Below, in pieces: positions 40,060 through 51,499 of a DNA stretch of 64,000 nucleotides. The notes below the pieces were generated by a model. The model did not search any database, had not been told where the DNA came from, and worked only from the letters and a program-made list of their open reading frames with translations. Origin of the DNA: Macrostomum lignano (taxonomy: Eukaryota); assembly GCA_002269645.1 (NCBI GenBank), contig NIVC01000843.1, positions 124,001-188,000 of the forward strand. The letters are read 5' to 3'. Position 1 is the first letter of the stretch. Every line of letters begins with the position of its first letter. Position numbers and translations under genes: made by a program.

Positions 40060-40802
40060 GCCATTTTGCTTGAAGAGGCGCCATATCATTTTAATGTGTG
40101 CGGCTTTATTTAGAGAGGCGCCATTTCATTGGATGAGGCGCCATTTCATTGGATGAGGCGCCATTTCATTGGATGAGGCGCCATTTCATTGGATGAGGCG
40201 CTATTTCATTGGATGAGGCGCCATTTCATTGGATAAGGCGCCATTTCATTGGATGAGGCGCCATTTCATTGGATGAGGCGCCATTTCATTGGATGAGGCT
40301 CCATTTCATTGGATGAGGCGCCATTTCATTGGATGAGGCGCCATTTCATTGGATGAGGCGCCATTTTTTAGATAGGCGCCATTTTTTTAGATGAGGCGCC
40401 ATTTCATTAGATGAGGCGCCATTTCATTGGATGAGGCGTTATTTCATTGGATGAGGCGCCATTTCATTGGATGAGGCGCCAATTCATTGGATGAGGCGCC
40501 ATTTCATTGGATGAGGCGCCATTTTTTTAGATGAGGCGCCATTTTTTTAGATGAGGCGCCATTTCATTAGATGAGGCGCCATTTCATTGGATGAGGCGTT
40601 ATTTGATTGGATGAGGCGCCATTTCATTGGATGAGGCGCCATTTCATTGGATGAGACGCCATTTCATTGGATGAGGCGCCATTTCATTGGATGAGGCGCC
40701 ATTTCATTGGATGAGGCGCCATTTCATTGGATGAGGCGCCATTTCATTGGATGAGGCGTTATTTCATTGGATGAGGCGCCATTTCATTGGATGAGGCGCC
40801 AG
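40060..40802. repeat. 20-bp minisatellite GAGGCGCCATTTCATTGGAT
   Basis: Visible; paralogous array at 42430-42862. Confidence 0.95.
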
Positions 40803-41274
40803 TTTCAGCTTAAGAGTTGCCAGTAGCGATTAGCTGGATAAAAAAAGAAAATTTGATAAAAGCTAAGTAACCAAGCTTTTATTGTCCGAGTATGAGGGCT
40901 GAATGAAATGAAACTTTGCAAAATGAGAAAAGCTGGACGAGACAAAAAAAACTGTTTGATTGCTACAGAGATAGATGTACAGAAAGACAGATGGGCCATT
41001 ACCTTTGAAAGTTCGCAAATAACAAAAGACAAAGTTATTACGTCGTAAGTGCTTGGCATGACAGCAACTAGGGAGGCTGATTCTGCATTCTTATTGATTT
41101 ATGTTGCAGACATGTGCAAATAATATAACGGAGAAGGGCGAAGGAGAAGGATGTCATTGGGTAGTTCCCTATTAGTCATAATCAGTTCAGCTGGGCTAGT
41201 GAGATAGAAAAATGGATGGATGGGTATTTCAGAAAAATCTATAATTCTTTCTGCATATTGGTGCACTCGTACGC

Positions 41275-41800
41275 GACAGTTAGTAAAGTAGGGTTAGAAA
41301 GGGTAGCAGAAAAAATCGATAATTCTTCCCGCACATTGGTGTACGTAACAGTTAGTAAAATAGGGTTAGAAAGGGTAGCTTAAAAATCGATAATTCTTCC
41401 CGCACATTGGTGTACGCAACAGTTAATAAAATAGGGTTAGAAAAGGGCTAGCAGAAAAATCGATAATTCTTCCCGCACATTGGTGTACGCAACAGTTAAT
41501 AAAATAGGGTTAGAAAAGGGCTAGCAGAAAAATCGATAATTCTTCCCGCACATTGGTGTACGCAACAGTTAATAAAATAGGGTTAGAAAAGGGCTAGCAG
41601 AAAAATCGATAATTCTTCCCGCACATTGGTGTACGCAACAGTTAGTAAAATAGGGTTAGAAAAGGGCTAGCTGAAAAATCGATAATTCTTCCCGCACATT
41701 GGTGTACGCAACAGTTAGTAAAATAGGGTTAGAAAAGGGCTAGCAGAAAAATCGATAATTCTTCCCGCACATTGGTGTACGCAACAGTTAATAAAATAAC
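41275..41800. repeat. 73-bp tandem repeat (~7 copies)
   Basis: CGCACATTGG recurs at 41401, 41474, 41547... Confidence 0.92.
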
Positions 41801-42429
41801 CGAAATTCTGTCCATTCCGCTGACTCCTGACCACATACAAGCGCGTAAATACTGTACGCAGTCACGCACTCATGCACACGCTCACCACGGGGTGTACAGC
41901 GGCTCACAGACAGTCTGTTAGTATAGTGCCTTCAAGCTTCAGTCGATATTTAGTTCAACTCAAATACAACTGATTTATAATCTGAAACTCACCGTCATTG
42001 AGTCCATGTCTTGACCAGATAAAACTGAGCTATTTTTGGGAGTTAGTCAGATAAAAAACTTTTCTGAGTCTTTCATAATTCATCTATTTAAATAATTTTT
42101 GTATTCAAGCAGGGAGTGTAACAGGAGAAGGCATGGCTATTTAAAACTCTCTCATGCTGAAACCACTAGCCCACACGTACAATGGTCAGCTTACAATTAT
42201 GCCTTTAAAATGCTCCAATGTGTAAATTAGAGATAGAAAGTGTATTTCTTGGCTGGGCCATTGTGCATTGCAGAGCTCTGATAAAAGGGCCCCGTAAAGC
42301 AGCTCAAGGAATTCATGAATTTTGTTATTATGTCGCGCTATCGACCGCCATTTAGTTTCTACAAGCTACCGTGAGATAGAAAAAAATCTGACCACCCGGC
42401 AGACAGAAAAGCGGATACAGAATTTCGTT

Positions 42430-42862
42430 TAGAGAGGCGCCATTTTATTTAGAGAGGCGCAATTTCATTTAGAGAGGCGCCATTTCATTTGAAGAAGAGC
42501 CATTTCATTTGGAGAGGCGCCATTTCATTTGAAGAAGAGCCATTTCATTTGAAGAGGCGCCATTTCATTTGAAGAGGCGCCACTTCATTTAGAGAGGCGC
42601 CCGTTCATATGAAGAGGTGCCATTTTATTTGAAGAAGAGCCACTTCATTTGAAGAGGCGCCATTTCATTTGAAGAGGCACCATTTCATTTGAAGAGGCGC
42701 CACTTCATATAGAGAGGCGCCATTTCATTTAGGAAGGCGCCAGTTTCTTCAAAAGGCACCATTTCATTTGAAGAGGTGCCATTTCACTTGGGAAGGCGTA
42801 ATTTCCCTTGGGAAGGCGCCATTTCCCTTGGGAAGGCGCCATTTCACTTGAAGAGCGCCAGT
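42430..42862. repeat. 20-bp minisatellite GAGGCGCCATTTCATTTGAA
   Basis: Visible; paralog of 40060-40802. Confidence 0.9.
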
Positions 42863-43856
42863 TCGTCTCAAAAGCGGTCAGCTAGAAAAGAATAATGATT
42901 TAATAAAAATTGAGTAATCAAGCTTTTATTGTCCGATTCTGAGGACCAAATCTGAAATGAAGCAGAGTCTTAACATAACAAAATGAAAATCAAAAGCAGC
43001 TTAACAGGGCGAGACAAAAAACTGTTCAATTGCTACAGAGAAAGAAGTACAGAAAGACGGTAAAAAGGCTTAATTCTAGTGAGGACAAAAAACTTCAAAA
43101 GTTTCGCAAATGACAACAGTTTTTAAGTGCTTGGCAAGACAGCAACTAAAAGGGCTGATTTTGCATTCAAATTATGTTGATGACTTTGGTGCAAATAATA
43201 CAAGCTATAACAGAGAAGGGCGAAGGAGAAGGATGTTTCGTTAGGATGTCCCTGTAGTCAAAATCAGTTACACTGGGCTAGTAGTTAGGGAAATGGAGGG
43301 GTGGGTGTTTGGGAGGGGCGGTATAGAGTCGATAAACCCATAATTCCTCGCGTACAATAATGAAAAACACAACAGTCAATCAAATAGGGTTAGAAAGGGT
43401 AGACAGGAAAATCAATAATTGCTCTCGCACATTAGTGTGCGCAACAGTCAGTAAAATTGGGTTAGAAAGGGTAGACTGGAAAATCGATCATTTCTCTCGC
43501 ACATTGGTGTACAAGACAAAATAGTTAATTAAGCTTTTTAACACCGCTGAATCGATTGAGCTATCAAACCACCGTCGACAGAAAATCATATAGGTGTTGA
43601 AGCCGATGGACAAAAATGTAAAAATACAATCTAAACCGTGCAAATAATTGTCATAAAGCTTAGTTAAAGACCGGAAAAAACCCAAATGTCTAAAGGGATT
43701 TAGCAAAGTTTAGCTTGTTACGCTCTATCAAGTAAGGTTTTACCATCAGACAAAAACAGATCGCGATTTTTTAAAGTAAAACGGGTCTCATTTTACGGGT
43801 CCAATTTTCTAAAATGGGCTGTTTGGTCCCTTGATAGAGAGGCTATCAAAATTGTT

Positions 43857-46800
43857 TCACGAAGCCATATGCGGATTGAACGACACCTTCTTTGATAGAC
43901 GACCGGTTTTCTCCACCACCGCCTGATAGAAGCTGCCGTCTCCGCCTTGAATTGGTCGATTAGTGACCCGATTGTTCACTTCCAGTATCATGTCCTCGAG
44001 GAATTCAGTTTCGTATTGCTCTTCGATAACGTCGCATAGAGTCTGAATAAATATTGACCCGTTGTTGGGATCCCGGTAAGCTGGCGAGTCTTCCGTGTTG
44101 GCGTAGCAAATGAGGAAGTCGCTCTCGTTCGGGCTGTAGAGAGGATTCCTCACCGGTACGTTGCCATCGTGCTGAACCTCCGGTGCGGGCTCGGCGAGGT
44201 GCTCGCCACCGGCTCCGCGACAGGCCTGCGTGAAGAAGATCTTCGGCTTGCGCTCCAGACCGCGACACTTGCTCGGCTGGAACAGCGACACCAGCTCCTT
44301 GAGCGACTGGTACTGCCCGTCGCTTCCGTAGATCGCGCCCTTGGTGCCGTGGGCCATCAGGAAGCAGACGAATGTGCCAAATTGGCTGTGGTCGCCTCGA
44401 GCATAGTTGCTCAACTCCCAGAAGATCTCCTGACCTGCGAATGGTTTCAACGCATTCTAAGAAACCGGAATTTTGACCAAGCGGAAGCATTGTCAATTAG
44501 ATTTGATATCGTTTCACGTGTCACAGCTAACGAAGACAAGGGGTCATGCCCATTCCGTTGATGCCTGAAAATGCACAAGCACGCGGATAAGTACTAGGCA
44601 AGCAAGCACAGGCTCACGCAAGGTGCACAAGCGGCCCCTGGCTTTCAAATGTCTTTTCTCTTCATCAGGCAAACGAACGAACAAACTGGACGAACAGTCT
44701 TAAGGACGTTACTACCGAGCCAATTTGTCCCCTCGATACGAGCGTATGTTTTACTTAATTGAATCAATAAAGGATGCCAAAAGTAAAAATTTGTACCTGT
44801 CACATCCTTTATTATCCACACCTTGAAGCCGAGCGATTTAAACAACATTTTAACTCGACGCAAGTCCAGGTTTGAGCCTTCGCGACGACTGAAGTTGGAC
44901 TCCGGATCGTAGTTCTCGATATTGACAACAACGCAGTGGCCTTGTGAGGCTCTGTTACTGGGTACACGTTGCCTGAGTGACCTCTGTCGGTGGAGGGCAG
45001 TGTCTTAGTGTTGAGAGCAGTGTCTTAGTGTTAAGAGCAGTGTCTTAGTGTTAAGAGCAGTGTCTTAGTGTTAAGAGCAGTGTCTTAGTATTAAGAGCAG
45101 TGTCTTAGTATTAAGAGCAGTGTCTTAGTGTTAAGAGCAGTGTCTTAGTGTTGAGAGCAGTGTCTTAGTGTTAAGAGCAGTGTCTTAGTGTTAAGAGCAG
45201 TGTCTTAGTGTTAAGAGCAGTGTCTTAGTATTAAGAGCAGTGTCTTAGTATTAAGAGCAGTGTCTTAGTGTTAAGAGCAGTGTCTTAGTGTTGAGAGCAG
45301 TGTCTTAGTATTAAGAGTAGTGTCTTGTAATAAGGGCAGTGTCTTAGTGTTAAGAGCAGTGCCTTAGTATTAAGAGCAGTGTCTTAGTATTAAGAGTAGT
45401 GTCTTGTGTTGAGAGCAGTGTCTTAGTGTTAAGAGCAGTCTCTTAATGTTAGGAGCAGTATCTCAGTTTTTAGAGTGTATCAGGGTTGAGAGCAGTATCT
45501 CAGGGTTGAGAGCAGTATCTCAGGGTTGAGTGGGCACCTAGATATGTGGGTTGGCTGTTGAAATCTTAAAGAGATAAATACTATCTCAGGAAAACTTACC
45601 CAAAATCTGAGTGACTGTGCACTGGCGATGGAGAAAGACGCCCAAATCTGCAAAGGACAAAAATACACAAGAATGATTAAATTGAAATGCTAATGAAATA
45701 AATATTTTACCTTCACAAACAGAACCATCATTTATAACCATACCCAATAGGATTCAGCGATCTTGCTTGATCAGTCTGCTGCGGCAGGAACATGTCCATC
45801 TTCATCTGCTCCAGAAAGTGAACGCTGTAAAAGTACATTTAAATCAATTTTTTCGAACACTGAGTAAGTGTCGAGCGATCTAAGTCAGTTTCAAAACAGT
45901 TAGATTTGCATCTCTAGAAGCGGACTCACTCGTCATCGCCATCCATCTGTACTGGCGCTTTGAATTTTGCGGAGGCTCCGTGGGAGTTCTTTGACCTGAA
46001 GATTTTCGAGTTCAGAGACTATTGTCTGAAAGATTATTGTTCTTGAGTTAAAGCCTTTTGTCTATAAAACATCCCTAAGTTTTGGGGATCGTTTCGCCAT
46101 GCGACCCCTGGTTCGATTCCGTGCGCGGTCAAATTCATTGGGGGCTTGTGTGCATGAAAATTGGTCAGGGGGTTGTCGTGCGATTCAGAACGCATGAGGG
46201 CCAGTGCCCAAAGCACAGAGTGTACCGGTACATGCCTGATGATTCGAAAATTAGACGACTACAATTGATTCGCAGACCCATGCCTGCAGATCAGGGCCAC
46301 TGCACTGTACACCCTGTGCTCTCTTGTCTCCCTCTCTTGTCTCCAATCTCTTGTCTCCCCTCTCTTGTCTCTCCTCTCTTGTCTCCCCTCTCTTATCTCT
46401 CCTCTCTTGTCTCCCTTCTCTTATCTCCCCTCTCTTGTCTCCCCTCTCTTGTCTCCCCTCTCTTATCTCTCCTCTCTTGTCTCCCTTCTCTTATCTCCCC
46501 TCTCTTGTCTCCCCTCTCTTATCTCTCCTCTCTTGTCTCCCTTCTCTTATCTCCCCTCTCTTGTCTCCCCTCTCTTGTCTCCCCTCTCTTATCTCTCCTC
46601 TCTTATCTCCCCTCTCTTGTCTCCCCTCTCTTGTCTCCCCTCTCTTATCTCTCCTCTCTTGTCTCCCTTCTCTTATCTCCCCTCTCTTGTCTCCAATCTC
46701 TTATCTCTCCTCTCTTGTCTCCCTTCTCTTATCTCCCCTCTCTTGTCTCCCCTCTCTTGTCTCCCCTCTCTTGTCTCTCCTCTCTTGTCTCCCTATCTAC

Positions 46801-47353
46801 CATATATCCCTCTCCTCTCCCACATGTCACCTCCGCTCTCCCTCCCTTATCTCCAGATGCAGCGAGCTCACCAGTCAGCCAGCAGTCGCACAACATCGCC
46901 GTGCTCGTACATCTCAGCCAGCGACGCCGCCGTGTCGCCGTCCTTATCCTCGACGCCGGGATCGCAGCCGAGCCGCAGCAGCTCCCTGGCCGACCGCAGG
47001 TGTCCCCGCCAGCTCGCCAACATCAGCGGTGTCAGTCCGCGCTTGTCGGTGGCGTCCAGCCGGGCCCCGGCGTCAGCCAACAGCTTTAGCACCGGCAGGT
47101 TGTCGGACTCGGCCGACCAGTGCAACGCCGACACTCCGTCGGGGTCTTTGACGCTGGCGTCGGCGCCGAGCTGAAGCAGCAGGCTGGCGCAGTCGGCGTG
47201 GCCCTGGTTGGGCACGAACTCGCCAGCCCAAGCAGCCCGCAGCAGCGGGGTCTGGCCCCACCGATCGCGCCAGTTAGCGTTCTGCCTGTTGGCCAGCTGT
47301 CTGAGCCTTTGGACGTCGCCCATCAGAGCCAGGTTGCTCATGGATGTGGCTGT
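43857..47353 (-). CDS. Ankyrin-repeat/caspase fusion protein, copy 2: join(?,46872..47353,45930..45995,45744..45824,44797..44981,43857..44434); first exon unresolved
   Basis: 482-nt ANK exon (same length as copy 1), two phase-2 linker exons, and a caspase split by a 362-nt phase-1 intron (IKDVT-G|QEIFW). RREGS, LMAHG, QACRG, AYR..GSIFIQ present. The acceptor at 44982 is a weaker GAG. Confidence 0.8.
44995..45530. repeat. 20-bp minisatellite GTGTCTTAGTGTTAAGAGCA
   Basis: Visible; abuts the caspase exon acceptor of copy 2. Confidence 0.93.
46085..46320 (+). mobile_element. Possible tRNA-derived SINE fragment
   Basis: B-box-like GGTTCGATTCC at ~46109; body motif AGAGTGTAC..ATGCCTG..TGTACAC also near 12457, 15190 and (reverse) 41885. 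Confidence 0.35.
46320..46860. repeat. CT-rich minisatellite in the post-ANK intron of copy 2
   Basis: TCTCCCCTCTCTTGTC-type units. Confidence 0.9.
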
Positions 47354-47484
47354 CTGAATAAAAAGTACATGTGCAAGCATTCACATAGTAGTTTTATAAG
47401 CGTTCGTCTTCTGAAGAGTAGCACACGTGTTCTTTAGAGGCGAGGCTTCAGCTTTGCGGGTGTGACTAAGACGCTAAAGAACGC

Positions 47485-48045
47485 AGAGGGTAAGGAGAGG
47501 ACACCGAAGGACACACAAGGGGTAAGCAGAGGACACAGAGGGACACAGAGGGTAAGGATACATGTAGAACACTGAATGATATACAGGGGAGGACACTGAA
47601 GGACACAGAGGGTAAGGAGAGGATACTAAAGAATGGGGACAGAAGGAGAAGTCACCGAAGGACACACAAGGGGTAAACAGAGGACACTGCAAAGGACACA
47701 CAAGGGGTAGAAGGAGAAGACACCGAAGGACACACAAGGGGTAGAAGGAGAAGTCACCGAAGGACACACAAGGGGTGAACAGAGGACACTGCAAAGGACA
47801 CACAAGGGGTAGAAGGAGAAGACACCGAAGGACACACAAGGGGTAGAAGGAGAAGTCACCGAAGGACACACAAGGGGTAAGCAGAGGACACTGCAAAGGA
47901 CACACAAGGGGTAGAAGGAGAAGACACCGAAGGACAAACAAGGGGTAGAAGGAGAAGACACCGAAGGACACACAAGGGGTAAGCAGAGGACACTGCAAAG
48001 GACACACAAGGGGTAGAAGGAGAAGGCATCGAAGGACACACAGGT
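47485..48045. repeat. ~32-bp purine-rich minisatellite GGACACACAAGGGGTAGAAGGAGAAGACACCGAA
   Basis: Visible. Confidence 0.9.
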
Positions 48046-48914
48046 TGAGTGAAGATACAGCATAATGCTTTGCCTGTCAATTTCACCTCAGTAACATACT
48101 CGTACACATAAATCTAGATCAATCCATGCAGTTAGTATACTGACCTCCTCTTGTTGTTTCGTCATGCCCCACTCATTAGCCATGAGGACGCATGTAAACT
48201 TTGTAATTTCTTCAATGAAACAGTCCAAACTTCATGCAAGAATCACCCTGCACAGCTTCTTACAAGTTCAGCTTGATTTGTTAAGTTGTCCTCTCTTCTC
48301 TCTGCAGGCTTTAGATGCAATAAGCGACAAAATTGTACAGGCAAGATGCAGAATGGCTTCATTTAAGTGTACCTCGTGTATGCAATGTGATTCTCATCTG
48401 TGTCCTTTGAGTACCAGGTTGCATGTGCGTCTATTATAATCTCTTCCCTTAGAATCAATCCACCGCCTCTCTCAGCTCTCGCTCCCATGTGCAGACGGTA
48501 CCTTGTACAGTGCGGCCCATGCGAATAAGACTGGCTGTACTTGCGTTGCCAATGACGACGACAACAAATTGGAACGAATTTGAATAAGTTTCGTGTACCA
48601 TATCGTCTATATAAATTACAATGCATGTGTAAAGACTTGTAAATTAACAAGAAAATACCACAATGAATCAAGATTTTTGGAATGGTTTGAATGGATCAAA
48701 ACAATGAAAATTTTTAGGATCTTTCACGACAGAAACGAATAAATATATCTTTTTTGTTGGTTTATTTTTTATTTGAATAAATAATTAAAAAAAGTATCGA
48801 ACAGTTCGAAACTCCACTAGCTTGTAATTGGACCGATAAAATAGTGAATATAAATGTTTAAATAAAAAATGTCTTAGTGTTAGACGTCAACTTGGGGAAT
48901 CAGATCGAATTCAA

Positions 48915-49079
48915 TCATTTCAGCTGGCAATCTTCGTGCACAGAGCGGCTCACGTGATAGCGCACGTCGTGCGGTTCCTGAGCGGAACCGCCTGAAATTT
49001 TTGACAAAATCGCGAGTTATATGAGCCATTAATTAATATGCTGCACTGCGTTTTGTGTGAGATTGGCTCCGAATTCCTC

Positions 49080-49115
<36 letters not shown>

Positions 49116-49628
49116 GCCTGCCTGCCTGTCTGTCTGTCTGTCTGTCTGTCCGTGTGTTTGTTTGTCTTCTGTCTATCTATCTTTTCTGTCTGTCTGTCTA
49201 GCTGTCCGTCCGTGATTTGTATGTCTTTCTGTTTCTGTCTCGCAGGAAGCGGCCGGATGCAACTCACCGAAGCAGATTTTGTGTTCCAAGTTCCGCCTAA
49301 CATTAATGCTAACCAGGTCAACATGGAAGGCCTTGAACAGCCGTGCGAGCTGAAACATGATCTTCCTGTAGACCGTCTGAGCATCCGGATTCTCAGTGTA
49401 CGGCAGATTATTCACGCCGCTAGCCCAGCCATTGTAGATTTCAATCAGGTCGAAGGCATTGACCGCTTCGTGAGGTCCAAATAGCGGGGCTAAGCTGGCC
49501 AGCTCTGCATTGGCGGGTTCCGCCCACTTCTCGTGGGCATCCGTGGCCAGTGGCTGGGCCAACACCGCAGTGCCGCAGACAAGAAATGCAGCAGCAATTA
49601 CAATGCCGAGTTCGAATAGAGACCCCAT
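48915..49628 (-). CDS. Small secreted protein of unknown function (145 aa): join(49268..49628,48915..48991)
   Basis: Signal-peptide-like MGSLFELGIVIAAAFLVCGTAVLA|QP; strong donor G|GTGAGT and phase-1-compatible acceptor TTTCAG; (GACA)n microsatellite in the intron; two mature-chain cysteines (KICF, EDCQ). Confidence 0.7.
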
Positions 49629-51499
49629 ATCGGATATGCTGTCGAGCGATTGGGTAGTCAAGTCAAAAGGAACCTACACGTAGTTAATCCCCAAATCTCG
49701 CAGATTGCTGTCCTATTTATACACGCCATTATGTATAGAGACTGCGTAAAAACTGTGATAATATTTTCATAAAAAATTGACAGCTGCATTTAAGTTAACC
49801 ATTTTCATGACTAATCGTTGATAAAATTACTCCGAGTTAGTTGACAGAAATCGTTGCAAGTCAATCTATGATTGATATTTGCGCAGAGATATATCTTTTT
49901 GTTTATTAAATTTCATTTTTTAATTGCACGATTTCCTTAACCGATTGTAGTATATGGAATCGCGTGTCCTCGTGGTTAAGCTACTGGTTTTACTGATTTC
50001 TCTTCAGTTGGTTAGTCCGAGCTCGGGAGACTCCGGGCTTGGCCTAAGTTGGAAGATTTTTCTATTTACTTTTAAGTTGGCTAAGTAGTTCCTATGGTCT
50101 AGGATACTTCGCTCTATTAATCTGTTATTACGTACTCTTAATTGGTAGGTTGCTGCCACCAGACTAATGTCCCTTTATAGTTAATATTTTAATTAAAATA
50201 AGTGAGACAAGAGTCAATTTCATGTAAGGTTATTGGAATAAACAAACTGAAAAATGATATTATTGAACCAAAATATGCAAAAGATTAAGCACTACTATTT
50301 CCTATTTTAATAGAACCGGTAGACTCCTGGTTCCTTTAGTTAGACCAAATGGTAGACTCCTTTTAGTCTTTCCCTTAATTTTACTTAATTTATTCCTATT
50401 TTCGGTAGACTCCGTTTAGCTAAGTGGTAGACTCCTCTTAGCTTCCCTATTTCACCCCGAACTTACCTGTATACTTTTTATAATTCTTCTTTTAAAAAAG
50501 GGGAGACTCCCTTGTCTTTACAAATGTTGTCCAACGGACGGTCCTGAACAGGATGCTAGACTGATTGTCCCGAACGGATGCTTTTCCCGAGGCTAAACAG
50601 CCTTTTACTAATGGAGAAACCCACTAAGACTCGAATTCCCATAACTTCAGATATTTCCCCGAGGGTGAACTACTATCAGTAGCGTAAAAGCAAAACTGCT
50701 TATTCTAGACTTTAAGCTACTAAAATAATTCATCTCGACGAATGGCAAACGCCTTAGCAAAACTGCTTGAAATAAACCCCCTACTACATATAGAAATATT
50801 TGTAGAGATCTCCAAATACAGTGCAAGTAAACTACTATAAGTAGTAACGTAAAAATGCGAAAACTTAGAATCTAAAAACACCAAGTGGTCACACTCTATT
50901 TTTAGAAGACCACGAAAACAACGAGTGATCATCTTATGTAACATCTAAAAATAGAACTCCAAATATGGTAGTGATACTACACAAAACATATTGTATTCTA
51001 TTCAGTTTTCGAGAGGTCAAAATTCCAAAAAGCAAATGAATCGCCTTCCCAAAATAACCTGTTTACCCCAAAAATTTACTACATATGCAAGCCAAAATCC
51101 GAGCTAAAAATCTCAGACTCGGAGCAGCCTCCAAAGATCTTAAAGCTTGCTGGAGCAGCTAAGCGAGGCTACATCTCTGAGGGAGAAGTAAACCAATTGG
51201 TGAGCCTCGAGCCTTTGTTATTTGGATTTAGTGAGAGCGATTTATTGCCCGCCGTTACTGATCAGTTGATTTAATTGAGTTAATTGAATTTGAGGTCTCC
51301 CATTTTCCTAAGGGATTGGAAAGGATTTGCGGATCGATTCCGATACCCTTAGAGGATTATGGAGTGATTGATTTTGGATTATCCTAGATTAACCGATAGG
51401 AGCACACGACTCCGATTCCGTTAGTTCTAGAAGACGCCCTTTTTGGAGGACCTCGTGTTGTTATAGAAGTTGATATTGTTATTGGGGCGCATCGTTGAT

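Larger units (their letters stand above)
39490..43510. repeat. Diverged tandem segmental duplication (~39490-41800 vs ~41980-43510) containing the MDSMT first exon and upstream region
   Basis: Collinear shared blocks: CTGAAACTCACCGTCATTGAGTCCATG, GAGATAGAAAGTG..CATTGTGCATTGCAG, GAGGCGCCATTT arrays, AAGCTTTTATTGTCCGA, GAGAAGGGCGAAGGAGAAGGATGT, AGGGTTAGAAAGGGTAG. Confidence 0.85.

Noticed and set aside
46085-46135. tRNA gene
   Set aside because: Only a B-box-like T-arm motif; no A box or cloverleaf; treated as a SINE-like fragment
49038-49484. + strand ORF with a polypyrimidine acceptor at 49247
   Set aside because: Antisense shadow of the signal-peptide gene; the pyrimidine tract is the (GTCT)n microsatellite
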